Assembly (NCBI GenBank): GCA_964502145.1
Contig: CAZCVI010000007.1
Location: forward strand, 118,297 to 182,296
Length of the DNA stretch: 64,000 nucleotides
Direction of reading: 5' to 3'
DNA from: an uncultured Clostridia bacterium
GTDB taxonomy: Bacteria; Acidobacteriota; Aminicenantia; UBA2199
Position 1 is the first letter of the stretch. Each line of letters begins with the position of its first letter. Positions 48,575 through 58,574 of the stretch are shown piece by piece. Made by a program: the position numbers and the translations under genes. The notes beneath the pieces were generated by a model. That model searched no databases, was not told where the DNA came from, and was given only the letters and a program-made list of their open reading frames with translations.

Positions 48575-51500
48575 TTAAAAACTCAGTTTAGCACCAAGTC
48601 TGATGGCAATGGGAGGGGTAAAGAAATATTCCATACCATATCTTGGGTCAATGGGAACACCGAGTGAAGTCATCAACGTATTAACATCAAAACCAGCAAC
48701 GATATCCTCGTTAGACAAATCTATGCTCTGACCAGAAATGAAGTTATAGATTCTCTGGGCAATTTTGTTGTTGGTAACGTTGGTGATGTTGGCATTGAGG
48801 TTGAGATTAAATTTGGAACCGAGTTTCAAATTATACTCAAGATACATATCGAGCTGCCACAAGAAGGGAGTTCTACCCATATCGCCTCTACCATTGGGGT
48901 AATAACCCTGCTGGTTGTTGAGGGTGAAATCTGTACTGGTAGGAGTACCGGTTTTGGCATAAGCATTAACACCGACGGTTAGACCAAAATCAAAGGTATA
49001 AGCGCCGTACACTTTTAAATCAAGGGGACGATCAGTAGGCAAGTTGCCTTTGGTCAGTTTCCCATGAGAATCATAGTGGAGGAACCAGAGGTCAAAATAT
49101 CTTTGAACCATGGGGTTCTGACGACCATTCTCTTCGGAACTGGCAAGACCAGCCATAATACCTCTCAAAGAACTTAAGGTTACTGTAACACCACCCAACC
49201 AGTTATTGCTGAACTTTTTGTCCAAGGTTAACTGTACGGAGTAGTATTCACGAGTAGGATCCGGGCAAACTCTGTTGACGGGCATATAACCCTGAATGCC
49301 AGACTGAAGGTACTGTTCATTAATCCAAGCACTACCGGGGTTGCCGATGAAGTAATTTTCATTACCATCAATTTCAACGCCGATGTCTTCGATAACATTG
49401 ATAAGACGATGATGTAAGAATCTTGCGGTAAAAGCAAGATCATCACTGATCTTTTGTTGGAAACCAAGGGATACTTCCATCTTGCTTCCAGCTTTGATAT
49501 CCGGTTGAATCAGGTCAAATGAACCTAAACGATGATTGATATGTTCATAGAACTGACCGCCAAGGACTGGAGCTGTCGATTTGGTGAAGCCCCAACCTTT
49601 CTGATTAGCATACTGGGTCCAATCCAAGGTAGCAATATCGTACCAGGAATCTTCCCATTTCAAGCCGCCGAAAGAACCAACAGCCATGTCAAGTTTCATT
49701 ACGTCATAATAAATACCAAAGCTACCAAATACCTTGGTGGCTCCGTCGCCTTTGAAGTCATAAGCAAAACCTACACGGGGTGCAATTTTGTCAAAGAAAT
49801 CAAAACGATATGCTGAATCTGGATGATTTACTTTATCCATAGAAGGCATATCTTCTCTTTCTAAACGCACACCATAGTTCACGGTTAAGTTATTACCGAT
49901 AGTCCAAGCATCCTGTAGATAAATGCTGAAACGATCACTGGTTAAATCACCAACGGTTCCATAAGGACCCAATTCACGGGTATAACCATAGGTGGTGTTA
50001 TAAACAGTTCCGTCACCTTTGGTATAAATACTGTATAAACCACTGGGTTGTTTCCATCTGAAGAGCCAGTAAGGAGTTACAATAGCCTGTGAGATTTTGT
50101 CAATATAAACCTGGTTCCAACCGAAACCAGCTTTGGCCACGTGTTCGCCGCCAGCATTAAAATAGAGGGTTAAATCGGCCTTTGCCAAAAGTTTGCGCAA
50201 AAGATCCGTTTTATCCTCGTACAACGAATCCATGGTTACATTAGCCCAACCAGCAGCACGTTTCAAGTCTGTGGGCATTCCAGGAACATTGTAGTTCGAA
50301 ACGCCGTGGACAAGACGGGTAACTGGGGTAGCTTTATCACCATAGAAATAGGCGTTGCTTCTGTAATAACCACCACCGATAGTTAAGAAACCAGCGTTTC
50401 CAATGGAATAATCCAAGTTGGCAGCCATGTTAACCAACGGCTCTCTCCAACCCCAACCTTCCCAAGCAGCCAAGTTTCCAGTCGAAGGATTGCTTGAACC
50501 ATCCTGATTGGGTAACTGATTCTGCTGTTCGCGGAAATTGATGTTGCCACTGAGACTTAAACGGATATTCTTTCCAAGTGCTGCAGTGAGTTTGAGGGAA
50601 CCATCATAGCGGGTATCTTTGAATGTGTACTCAGTACCATCCATTGAAGGTGAATTGTTAAACACACCAACACGGGTACGGGTTCTGAAATTGGGCATAA
50701 AGGCACCGAAGAACCATAATTTATCTTTGATAATATAACCACCCAAAGAAAAACCGGGTTCAATACGATTCCATTTGTCCACAGAGTAATTAATGTACTC
50801 GGCTTGAGTAGAATCAAAGGGGTTCAATTGAAGAATTTCACGGGGATCGCCTTCTGTTGCACTGCCATCATAATAAGCAGTCAGATCACCATGGAACTCA
50901 TTGCTACCACTACGGGTAATAACGCTGATAACACCACCCATGGAGCCGCCGTATTCTGCAGCATAACCACTGGATTTAACCTGAACTTCTTCGATAAAAT
51001 CGGTGTTAAGGTTGTTTCCTGACACACCACCTTCCATCGTCGTGGTATCCATACCGTCGACGAAAAAGGTATTTTCAGAAGCACTGGCACCGTCAAAGGA
51101 GATTGCAGTTCCTCTGCCGTTGTCAAAAGACCCTTCTGCCATGTCATCAAAATTCCTTTCATAGTTAACACCAGCTTGCTGGGTAGCTACGGAGAGGAAG
51201 TTCCGACTGGCTTTGGGAAGTTTGGAGAATGATTCTTTAGTAATGTTTACTGCAGTTGCACTCTTCCGCACATCAACCAAGGGGACTTTACCAATAACAA
51301 CAACTTCTTCACGAAGTTCGCCTGTCTGCATGATCTCGTCGAGTTTGAAGGTTTTACCTAAATCAACCCGAACACCTTTTCTCTTGATAGTTTTGAAGCC
51401 TTCAAGACTAAAAGATATGGTGTAAAGACCGGTGGGAATACCTATCAAACGATAAGAGCCATTCTCATTGGTGACACTTACTTTACTACCAATGAGTTTT

Positions 51501-51655
51501 TCACCTGTAATTTCTACGGAAACGCCAGGAATGGCAGAACCGTCTTCCAATACAACTGTACCGATGATTTCACCGGACTGTTCTTGGCTGTGGAGAAGTC
51601 CACCGCACAAAAGCATCGTTGCAACCAACAAGATCAAAATTTTGTGTTTAAGCAT
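48575..51655 (-). CDS. TonB-dependent outer-membrane receptor with an N-terminal carboxypeptidase-regulatory-like domain
   Basis: Signal peptide. CarboxypepD_reg-like N-terminus (GTVVLEDGSAIPGVSVEITG). The barrel is about 1000 aa and ends with a C-terminal Phe (...RLGAKLSF). Confidence 0.9.
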   Translation of the reverse strand: MLKHKILILLVATMLLCGGLLHSQEQSGEIIGTVVLEDGSAIPGVSVEITGEKLIGSKVSVTNENGSYRLIGIPTGLYTISFSLEGFKTIKRKGVRVDLGKTFKLDEIMQTGELREEVVVIGKVPLVDVRKSATAVNITKESFSKLPKASRNFLSVATQQAGVNYERNFDDMAEGSFDNGRGTAISFDGASASENTFFVDGMDTTTMEGGVSGNNLNTDFIEEVQVKSSGYAAEYGGSMGGVISVITRSGSNEFHGDLTAYYDGSATEGDPREILQLNPFDSTQAEYINYSVDKWNRIEPGFSLGGYIIKDKLWFFGAFMPNFRTRTRVGVFNNSPSMDGTEYTFKDTRYDGSLKLTAALGKNIRLSLSGNINFREQQNQLPNQDGSSNPSTGNLAAWEGWGWREPLVNMAANLDYSIGNAGFLTIGGGYYRSNAYFYGDKATPVTRLVHGVSNYNVPGMPTDLKRAAGWANVTMDSLYEDKTDLLRKLLAKADLTLYFNAGGEHVAKAGFGWNQVYIDKISQAIVTPYWLFRWKQPSGLYSIYTKGDGTVYNTTYGYTRELGPYGTVGDLTSDRFSIYLQDAWTIGNNLTVNYGVRLEREDMPSMDKVNHPDSAYRFDFFDKIAPRVGFAYDFKGDGATKVFGSFGIYYDVMKLDMAVGSFGGLKWEDSWYDIATLDWTQYANQKGWGFTKSTAPVLGGQFYEHINHRLGSFDLIQPDIKAGSKMEVSLGFQQKISDDLAFTARFLHHRLINVIEDIGVEIDGNENYFIGNPGSAWINEQYLQSGIQGYMPVNRVCPDPTREYYSVQLTLDKKFSNNWLGGVTVTLSSLRGIMAGLASSEENGRQNPMVQRYFDLWFLHYDSHGKLTKGNLPTDRPLDLKVYGAYTFDFGLTVGVNAYAKTGTPTSTDFTLNNQQGYYPNGRGDMGRTPFLWQLDMYLEYNLKLGSKFNLNLNANITNVTNNKIAQRIYNFISGQSIDLSNEDIVAGFDVNTLMTSLGVPIDPRYGMEYFFTPPIAIRLGAKLSF

Positions 51656-51889
51656 TAAGCCTCCTTAAAATTTTTTTGTTTGTTTTTAGGTTCACGTAAA
51701 TCATATATTTATTAAGCAATAATAATGCCAAGTCATCCAAAAATCGAAAACCCTTTACTTAAAACAATTACACCCCATCCCTACTGGCAATCATTCAAAC
51801 TTTTGAATTGTTTTTTCATTTTATTGTACAAAAAAAGCATTGGCATAAACCATACTATATTATTATTGTCGACCTACTGGGAATAGATA

Positions 51890-52075
51890 CCCACCTCCAC
51901 CGCCAGGTTTTTGTAATCGTTGTGGACGACGTGGACAGAATGGACGATATGGACGATGTGGACGATGTGGACGATATGGACAATAAAATGCGTTTGTTTT
52001 CGGTCCACGTCGTCCACTAAGTCCACTCTGTCCACGTCGTCCATTCATTTTCAAGAATAGGATGGTGAATCCAGG
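51890..52075 (+). mobile_element. Hairpin element H4 (arms GACGTGGAC/AGAATGGAC/GATATGGAC..., loop AATAAAATGCGTTTGTTTTCGGTCCA), adjacent to tRNA-Phe
   Basis: Read directly. It ends GGTGAATCCAGG. Confidence 0.7.
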
Positions 52076-52196
52076 GATTAACCTTGAGACACTGGTGTGG
52101 AAGGAGTAAAAAGAGGAGAAGAAAGGAAAAATTAAGAAATTATATGAATAGGACTTGACTTCCTTCCACTTTTCCATTATAATAACATTTTATAAT

Positions 52197-52269
52197 GCCG
52201 GGATAGCTCAGACGGTAGAGCGAGGGACTGAAAATCCCTGCGTCCGCGGTTCAATTCCGCGTTCCGGCA
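52197..52269 (+). tRNA. tRNA-Phe (anticodon GAA)
   Basis: Hand-folded 73-nt cloverleaf. Acceptor stem GCCGGGA/TTCCGGC. Anticodon loop CTGAAAA. T-loop TTCAATT. Discriminator A. Confidence 0.9.
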
Positions 52270-52465
52270 TTTTTTTTAATCCTACTAGCCCCTCCAAAAC
52301 TTCCAACAATACCCAGTGCGATAAAAAAAATTTGTCGACATACTTTCCCTTTTTAGGGAAAAGTGGTATACTGTAAGATCAAAACATAGTGTCATCAAAA
52401 TCAAAAAAAGGATATAATAGGATACTATATTAACAATATAAATAAACAATATAAGGAGATATCTT

Positions 52466-53659
52466 ATGAGAAAAAAATGGTATGTACTGTTCGTGTTAAT
52501 TCTTTTCGTAATGCAAGGTGCGCTTCTTACTGCTGTTGATAATCCGCCCAAACCGGTAACCAAGCTGATCGAAAAGGCAGAGAAGGCGTTTAAAAAGAAC
52601 GAGATTGACAAAGCAATGGAGAGTTACAATCAGGCCTTGGCACTGGCTCCTGAATATGGTCCGATATATTTGGGAATTGCCCGCATCCAGTCGAGCCAGA
52701 AAAAATATGATGAAGCAGTGGTAAATCTGGAAAAAGCACTGCAATTCGACCCGGAATCGACTACGGTCAAACAGTTTTTCGCCAATACCTTGTTTAATGC
52801 TGGCAGGGAAGCGAGTACTCAGAGGGATTTAAATAAAGCCAATGACTATTTCACCAAATTAATCGGTATCCCGGGCATTTCCTCACAGGAGCCCAAATAC
52901 TATTTAGAAACTCTGTTCCAGATCGGCAACAACTATTCGATGCTGGAAAAATTTGCACAAGCCAACGACTATTTCAAAAAATTAGTAGAAATTCCTGAAA
53001 TCGCCATTGCTGATCCGGGGCTGGTGCTCCATGTATATTATAAGATGGGTATCAATGCGAATCAGGCGCAAAAATTTGCCGACTCCAATACATACCTGGA
53101 AAAATTGCTCGGCTTCCCCAATGCCCAGACCAATAATTCCAAGGTGTTCACGATCTGCCATTACATGGTGGGGTTGAATTCATCCCAGCTTAAAGAGTAT
53201 GCAAAATCCGAGGAATACCTTAATAAATTCATCGAGTTGAACAAAGTCGAAGCCAACAACAATCCCCAGTTAGAACCATTGGCCCATTTTATTCTGGGTT
53301 CCAATTTAATGACGGTACTGGATGAGGAAGTGCAGAAGATCAGGGATGACGCCAACGAGAAGCGAGAGAAGAAAAAAGATATCCAAGAACTGGCTGGCAA
53401 ATCCCCCCAAATCGAAACCTATCTTTCCAAAGCCATTGAACTGCAACCGGAACTGGAACCCGCCTACATGCAACTGGGTAACTACTACTACTACCTCGGC
53501 AACATTCCCAAAACGATTGAGTACTACAAATCATTGATAGAAAAATTCCCGACTTCCCAGGACATTGGCGCTTATAAACAGTTCTTGACTGATCTGGAAA
53601 AACCGGTTGAAGTGGCAAAGCCGGAAGCTAAGGCTGATGCGAAGAAGAAAAAAAAATAA
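52466..53659 (+). CDS. Secreted TPR-repeat protein with a lysine-rich C-terminus
   Basis: Signal peptide. Multiple TPR-like repeats. AAGGAG RBS. Confidence 0.8.
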   Translation: MRKKWYVLFVLILFVMQGALLTAVDNPPKPVTKLIEKAEKAFKKNEIDKAMESYNQALALAPEYGPIYLGIARIQSSQKKYDEAVVNLEKALQFDPESTTVKQFFANTLFNAGREASTQRDLNKANDYFTKLIGIPGISSQEPKYYLETLFQIGNNYSMLEKFAQANDYFKKLVEIPEIAIADPGLVLHVYYKMGINANQAQKFADSNTYLEKLLGFPNAQTNNSKVFTICHYMVGLNSSQLKEYAKSEEYLNKFIELNKVEANNNPQLEPLAHFILGSNLMTVLDEEVQKIRDDANEKREKKKDIQELAGKSPQIETYLSKAIELQPELEPAYMQLGNYYYYLGNIPKTIEYYKSLIEKFPTSQDIGAYKQFLTDLEKPVEVAKPEAKADAKKKKK

Positions 53660-53689
53660 TTTAGCATAGACAATTATAAGATAGACAAT

Positions 53690-53747
53690 ATCAGTTATAT
53701 CAGTTATATCAGTTATATCAGTTATATCAGTTATATCAGTTATATTT
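53690..53747 (+). repeat. Tandem 9-bp repeat (ATCAGTTAT, about 6.5 units)
   Basis: Read directly. It lies immediately upstream of the terminator hairpin. Confidence 0.85.
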
Positions 53748-53748
53748 A

Positions 53749-53771
53749 CAGGGGATGCATGGCATCCCCTG
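53749..53771 (+). terminator. Intrinsic terminator: CAGGGGATGC-ATG-GCATCCCCTG followed by TTTCCTTTT
   Basis: 10-bp perfect stem with a T-rich tail. Confidence 0.6.
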
Positions 53772-53842
53772 TTTCCTTTTAAAAAAAAATCCACTTCATC
53801 AAGATGGTGAGATTCCCCCCCTACCTTTCATATCTATTGAAC

Positions 53843-54247
53843 ATGAAAAGAAAAAGACATCCATTAAATCGCTTTTTTTCAGCATGGCTAGTGCTGATTC
53901 TATTAATAGTGCTGACAGGCAACGGAGGGACCGGTGAAGCGGCAACAGGTTCGCTGAAAGTCCTTTACCCGAATGGCGGCGAGGTCATCAAAGGGGGAAG
54001 TGTGATTGCTCTGACATGGCAATCGGAGGGAATGGAACCGGATGGCAAGGTAGTTATCATCCTTTACAAAAATGGCCTCAAACACTCCCTGATTACAGCA
54101 CAAACACGGGACAACGGCAATTATTCGTGGAAAATATCGACACAATTACCGGAAGGAAACGATTACAGGATCAGGATTCGTTCCTTGGCCGACCTGGCTG
54201 TCAACGATTTCTCCGACCAAAATTTTTCAATAGTAAAAACGCTCTGA
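53843..54247 (+). CDS. Small secreted protein made of a single Ig-like domain of the type repeated in the giant surface proteins
   Basis: Start chosen at MKRKRHP..., followed by a signal/TM segment. ...YPNGGEVIKGGSVIALTWQSEG...VVIILYKNG...DNGNYSWKISTQLPEGNDYRIRIRS matches the repeat unit. Confidence 0.6.
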   Translation: MKRKRHPLNRFFSAWLVLILLIVLTGNGGTGEAATGSLKVLYPNGGEVIKGGSVIALTWQSEGMEPDGKVVIILYKNGLKHSLITAQTRDNGNYSWKISTQLPEGNDYRIRIRSLADLAVNDFSDQNFSIVKTL

Positions 54248-54360
54248 CCCTACTCTTGCCCACGCTAGACGCCAGCCCATAAGAATTTCTTATTAATTCC
54301 TTTTTTTTTATTCCTTTTTTTAGTCTTTTTTTTTTGGGCGGAATATAGTATATTAATGGT

Positions 54361-56865
54361 ATGATGAAAGCACATGAATCGTTCAAAAATATTTTGGTTT
54401 CGTGGATAATACTGGTACTGCTGATCACATTTGGAAGTGGCTTGGGTTACGGGGATGAATTAATAGAAAAACTTTTCTCGGCCCAAAATTGGTCGCAATT
54501 GGACACGCTATTCTTGGACGACAGCAGCACGACGCTCAAGGATTATTTCTCTGCGAGTAAATCAGTAAAAATTATGACTTCGCTTGAAAATCAAATGACC
54601 TATAAAGTGAAGTTTGCCGATATGGGCGAGATAGGGATAATCACCTTTGAAAAGAAGGGCGACAAGTACCTCAATCTGAAAATTAAAAACCAAATCCGAC
54701 CATTGTACTTTATTGAAAAGTTCAAAAAGTACAGGGTAGCCAACATTCATTTTAACTTGGGTGACGCCGAAATCCATCTGCTCAGCGGGGTGCTCTACGA
54801 GACAATTCCCTTTCAGTCTTTACTTCTCTTTGAAGGCAGTTGGAATTTTACGGTGACTCCCAACGACAAGGAAGAACAGTTGACATTAAAACGAAAATAC
54901 CGTCGGGATTCTTTTTCCCAATCGTCCAAATCCGCTATCTTTGTTCTAAAAGACAAGGATTTCTTAAGCAAGTTACCGGCGGATGGGGAGACGGAAACAC
55001 TGGAAAATGATTTGCAATCTCTATTCTTGATGTACCGTGACGCCTACGGGGTTTCTATCAAACAATTCGAGGAGTACTGGTATTTGCCGTTCGCAGACGA
55101 AACCAATCTGGTTATTTTTAGACAGGACAAGCAGTCATTTTATTTCTATTCTTATAATACGAGTCTGGTGCCAGATACACAGTTATCTGAATCTATCACT
55201 AATAATATGATCCTGAGTTATAATTCAGTCAAAGGGTTCAAATTAAGTTTTGGTTCGGCGGATACGGTGGCTAAAATCAATCTGAATCTTTTTCTTAACC
55301 CGGTCACGAACTTTATTTCAGGAACGAGTTTGATCCTATATAAAAATACGTCTACACTACGGGTATTTCAATTGGCTGAAGCGATCTCGCTGATTGGGAA
55401 TTTCAACTTGGAAGCAAAAGGAGTAAATATTTTCCAGAAGAAGGATAATTACTACCTGATGGGTTTGGAAGCGGATACGTTGTCGCTTTACTTTAATGGC
55501 CATATCAAACCGGAACCGGAAAACTTCGAGATTTTTAATTTCCAAAAGACGCCAGGGAACATTAATGGGATTGAAAAAAAAGAGGATGATTTTTATTTTT
55601 TATCCAGGACAGATAATTATTACCCGAATCCGGGCAATGATTTTTTTAAGATGGAGTTGTCAGTGGCGATTCCGAGTCGTTTAAATTGTCTGGCATCAGG
55701 GGAACTGGTGAATAAAAAGGTCATGGATGAGACGACGGTGTTCAAATTCAGCAGTCCGGGCACCAAGGGTATTTCATTGGTGGTAGGTGATTTTTTACTA
55801 CGCCACAAAGTAAAGACCTCTATCCCACTCCATATATATACACCAACTTCGAAAAGAATTCCCCGATATCTGGATCTGGGGGAAATTAAGAAAGCGACTG
55901 ATTTTTTCTTTCATTCCTTTGGTCCGCTTGACCTCCCGGCCATCCATCTTTTGTTAAAGCCGGGCATACAGGAGGGCGGGGTGAGCAATAACGGGTTTCT
56001 AATCGTTAACCTGCCCCCAGAGAAGAACCGAAACCCACTGATGATATCGGTGCCGATCATTGCACCGGTGATAGAAAAAGTATTGTACAGTCCGGTTTTA
56101 ATCCGTAGCCGCTCGGAGGATCACATCATGCACGAGATGGCGCACCAGTGGTGGGGCGGGGTGATCTCCTGGAAATCATACCACGACATCTGGATAACGG
56201 AAGGACTGGCACACTTCTCGGTCATGTATTTTCTAAAAAAAAATCTCAATGATAAAAAATACCTCCAACTGCTTAAAAAAATAAAACGCTGGGTGTTCAA
56301 ACACAGCGAAACAGGACCTATTATCTACGGTACACGCATTAACCTGCTGGAAAATAGTTATGAAGCTTACCAGAGCATCATCTATAACAAAAGTGCGCTG
56401 GTTTTTTTAATGCTGCTGGACATGATGGAGGAAGCGGAGTTTTTGCAGCGGTTACATGGGGTGCTGGCAAAATTCAAATACCAGAGCGTGTCAACTATGC
56501 AATTTATCCGCGAATTTTGCGGTGAGAATCAGCAGTTGTTGACTTTTTTCCAAAAATGGATTTATTCCCGTGTTTTGCCTATGGTGACATTAAAATTGGT
56601 CCCGGAAGACGCGGAAAACGATACGAAATCCTTAAAAAAAGTAGTGATCACGATTGAACAACTGAATGGGGATGAACCCTTTATTTTCCCTCTCCAACTC
56701 AAAATAGTCACGGGGAAAGGGACGTTCATGCAAAAAGTGCTGATGACGGAAATGAAGCAACGATTTGTTATTTCCATGCCGCATAGTATCCGTTCGATTG
56801 ATATCGGGGAAAATGCAACCCCGTTTAGAGAGAAGAAACAAACCAACCTGCCCTATATAAATTAG
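54361..56865 (+). CDS. M1-family zinc metallopeptidase (aminopeptidase N-like), secreted
   Basis: HEMAHQWWGG...WITEGLAHF gives the HExxH, 18 residues, E gluzincin signature. N-terminal signal peptide. Confidence 0.8.
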   Translation: MMKAHESFKNILVSWIILVLLITFGSGLGYGDELIEKLFSAQNWSQLDTLFLDDSSTTLKDYFSASKSVKIMTSLENQMTYKVKFADMGEIGIITFEKKGDKYLNLKIKNQIRPLYFIEKFKKYRVANIHFNLGDAEIHLLSGVLYETIPFQSLLLFEGSWNFTVTPNDKEEQLTLKRKYRRDSFSQSSKSAIFVLKDKDFLSKLPADGETETLENDLQSLFLMYRDAYGVSIKQFEEYWYLPFADETNLVIFRQDKQSFYFYSYNTSLVPDTQLSESITNNMILSYNSVKGFKLSFGSADTVAKINLNLFLNPVTNFISGTSLILYKNTSTLRVFQLAEAISLIGNFNLEAKGVNIFQKKDNYYLMGLEADTLSLYFNGHIKPEPENFEIFNFQKTPGNINGIEKKEDDFYFLSRTDNYYPNPGNDFFKMELSVAIPSRLNCLASGELVNKKVMDETTVFKFSSPGTKGISLVVGDFLLRHKVKTSIPLHIYTPTSKRIPRYLDLGEIKKATDFFFHSFGPLDLPAIHLLLKPGIQEGGVSNNGFLIVNLPPEKNRNPLMISVPIIAPVIEKVLYSPVLIRSRSEDHIMHEMAHQWWGGVISWKSYHDIWITEGLAHFSVMYFLKKNLNDKKYLQLLKKIKRWVFKHSETGPIIYGTRINLLENSYEAYQSIIYNKSALVFLMLLDMMEEAEFLQRLHGVLAKFKYQSVSTMQFIREFCGENQQLLTFFQKWIYSRVLPMVTLKLVPEDAENDTKSLKKVVITIEQLNGDEPFIFPLQLKIVTGKGTFMQKVLMTEMKQRFVISMPHSIRSIDIGENATPFREKKQTNLPYIN

Positions 56866-57039
56866 CTATAATTTGAGTATTACGTATTGAGTATTACGTA
56901 ATTTCAGACTTGTTCAGACGTGCTGATTGCAGCGGAAACGGTGTTGGAATTGGATTTTGGGTAATTCTTCCAAGAGAAAGGAACTGGCTTTGTCATGAGA
57001 GATCGTGGACGAGTAAAAAGCACCCATCACTACCGCTAT

Positions 57040-57230
57040 TTAGTCAAAATTTGCGGCCATCGGTCACGACGGAATAAAAATCACTCATCATTGTCGCGTG
57101 AGGGACAAAATTTTCCGCCATCGGTCACCAGCGAGTGAAAATCATGCAAAATGATACAAATTAGCTCTGAATTCTATCAAAATCGGTCAACGATGTCCCT
57201 CGGAGGGTCATCGCTAACGCTTTAAGGTAG
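57040..57230 (-). repeat. Inverted copy of the 17.3-17.6 kb composite element (about 2 units of the 61-bp repeat plus palindrome GTCAACGATGTCCCTCGGAGGGTCATCG)
   Basis: The reverse complement aligns with 17340-17540. Confidence 0.7.
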
Positions 57231-57386
57231 TCAAAATCCGGGGTGGGCGGGGTATTAACACGTTATTAGCTTCTTCCCCACCAACCCCGGGGCAACTGCA
57301 TTCGTTTAGAATGCAGCCAAATTTATGCTTTTTTTGTACTTTTCAGTGTGATGGGTTTTTAGCCTTTTTGGCTTTGGCCCTCGCCC

Positions 57387-58163
57387 TTACTTTTGATTAC
57401 CCGTGGTATCAGCAGCAGGAGTAGGTTCGCTCACAGGTTGGGTTTCAACCGTGGCTTCGTCTGCTTTCTGTTGTTTTTCTTTTTCAAACTCCTGGGTAGT
57501 AGCGATCTTGGTGATGACCAAACGTCCCTGGCGGGTATTGTTTTCCAGTTTCAAGACATTTTTTCGCAACATAAAGACGTAATCCTGGGTGCTGCCATCA
57601 ATGGCGGTAATTTGGACATTGGCTTTGACCAGGTGGGTTTCACCGGTGTAGAGTTCAAAATTCCTGTCGATGGTGGTGGATGCTTTAATCAATGTTTTTT
57701 CGATGCCGATCATTTTTTTGGTCTCATTGATCTGTTGCACCAACTTAACTATGGTTACTTTTCTTCCATCCAAATCGGCTTGAGCGAGGTCGATATTTTT
57801 CTGGAGTTCAGCTTTTTGGTCGCGTCTACCGGTTCCGTCCAATTGATCTTGCATTTCTTCCAATGCAAATTTCTTGTCCATATGGACTTCAATCTCTTTT
57901 TTCCTGGCTTCAGTCAGGTCGGCCAATTTTTTCTCAAGAACAGGAAGTTGCATGGGACCAACAATAGGAGCCTCAATAGACATTATTTTAAAAGACTTAA
58001 ACTCAATGTCTTTGGGTTCAATGGCCATAGAAGCCAGCGTGTCATTATCGTTCACCTTCATCGCTTCAAAATACTTGGAAATCGTGACTTCTTCACCTTT
58101 TTGACACGCGGTCATCATGAGCATCAGACCGAACACTGCCAGCAATAAAATAGTTTTCTTCAT
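57387..58163 (-). CDS. Lipoprotein of unknown function
   Basis: Signal peptide with lipobox (LMMTAC). The body is coiled-coil-rich. Confidence 0.7.
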   Translation of the reverse strand: MKKTILLLAVFGLMLMMTACQKGEEVTISKYFEAMKVNDNDTLASMAIEPKDIEFKSFKIMSIEAPIVGPMQLPVLEKKLADLTEARKKEIEVHMDKKFALEEMQDQLDGTGRRDQKAELQKNIDLAQADLDGRKVTIVKLVQQINETKKMIGIEKTLIKASTTIDRNFELYTGETHLVKANVQITAIDGSTQDYVFMLRKNVLKLENNTRQGRLVITKIATTQEFEKEKQQKADEATVETQPVSEPTPAADTTGNQK

Positions 58164-58450
58164 AGTGGTTCTCCTTTAAATTTCGTGGTTTTAAAAAAAT
58201 GCCTGGGCATTTCATTGATATTTATTTCAACGCCTTTTTTACCGGCCTCAATTAGGCGGTTGGGAAAAAGGGTGTTTCCTACATTACCAGTACGCAGATA
58301 AGCCGGAACCATGGCTGGGGGTATAGTAACCGCACCTCCAAAACCAAGGTGACACCGTCTTCTTAATAGATCACGACAGGGGGCGATCACCTCGTCCAGA
58401 CATATTGGAAAGCAAGACAACTTTTCTATTTTCTCAGTCTCTGTATACAT
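58160..58450 (-). CDS. Hypothetical small Cys-containing protein
   Basis: ATGA overlap with the downstream lipoprotein gene suggests co-translation. CxxxC...C...C pattern. Confidence 0.45.
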   Translation of the reverse strand: MYTETEKIEKLSCFPICLDEVIAPCRDLLRRRCHLGFGGAVTIPPAMVPAYLRTGNVGNTLFPNRLIEAGKKGVEININEMPRHFFKTTKFKGEPL

Positions 58451-58574
58451 AAGTATAGATTATAAGGAATTTGGAAGTGAAAATCAAGCGAAATCTAATT
58501 TTTCACTAAATCATATTGCCAGATTTTTTTTTGGGGGGTACTGGAAGACGGGAAAACAAGAAAACAATGAGACA

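Noticed and set aside
52285-52611. 108-aa minus-strand ORF
   Set aside because: It is AT-rich, low complexity, and overlaps the promoter and start of the well-supported TPR gene at 52466. It is likely spurious.
53531-53794. ORF with (ITD)n repeat
   Set aside because: It is the reverse-strand translation of the 9-bp tandem repeat and terminator hairpin.
57393-58148. 251-aa plus-strand ORF
   Set aside because: It is antisense to a well-supported lipoprotein gene (signal peptide plus lipobox) and has no RBS.
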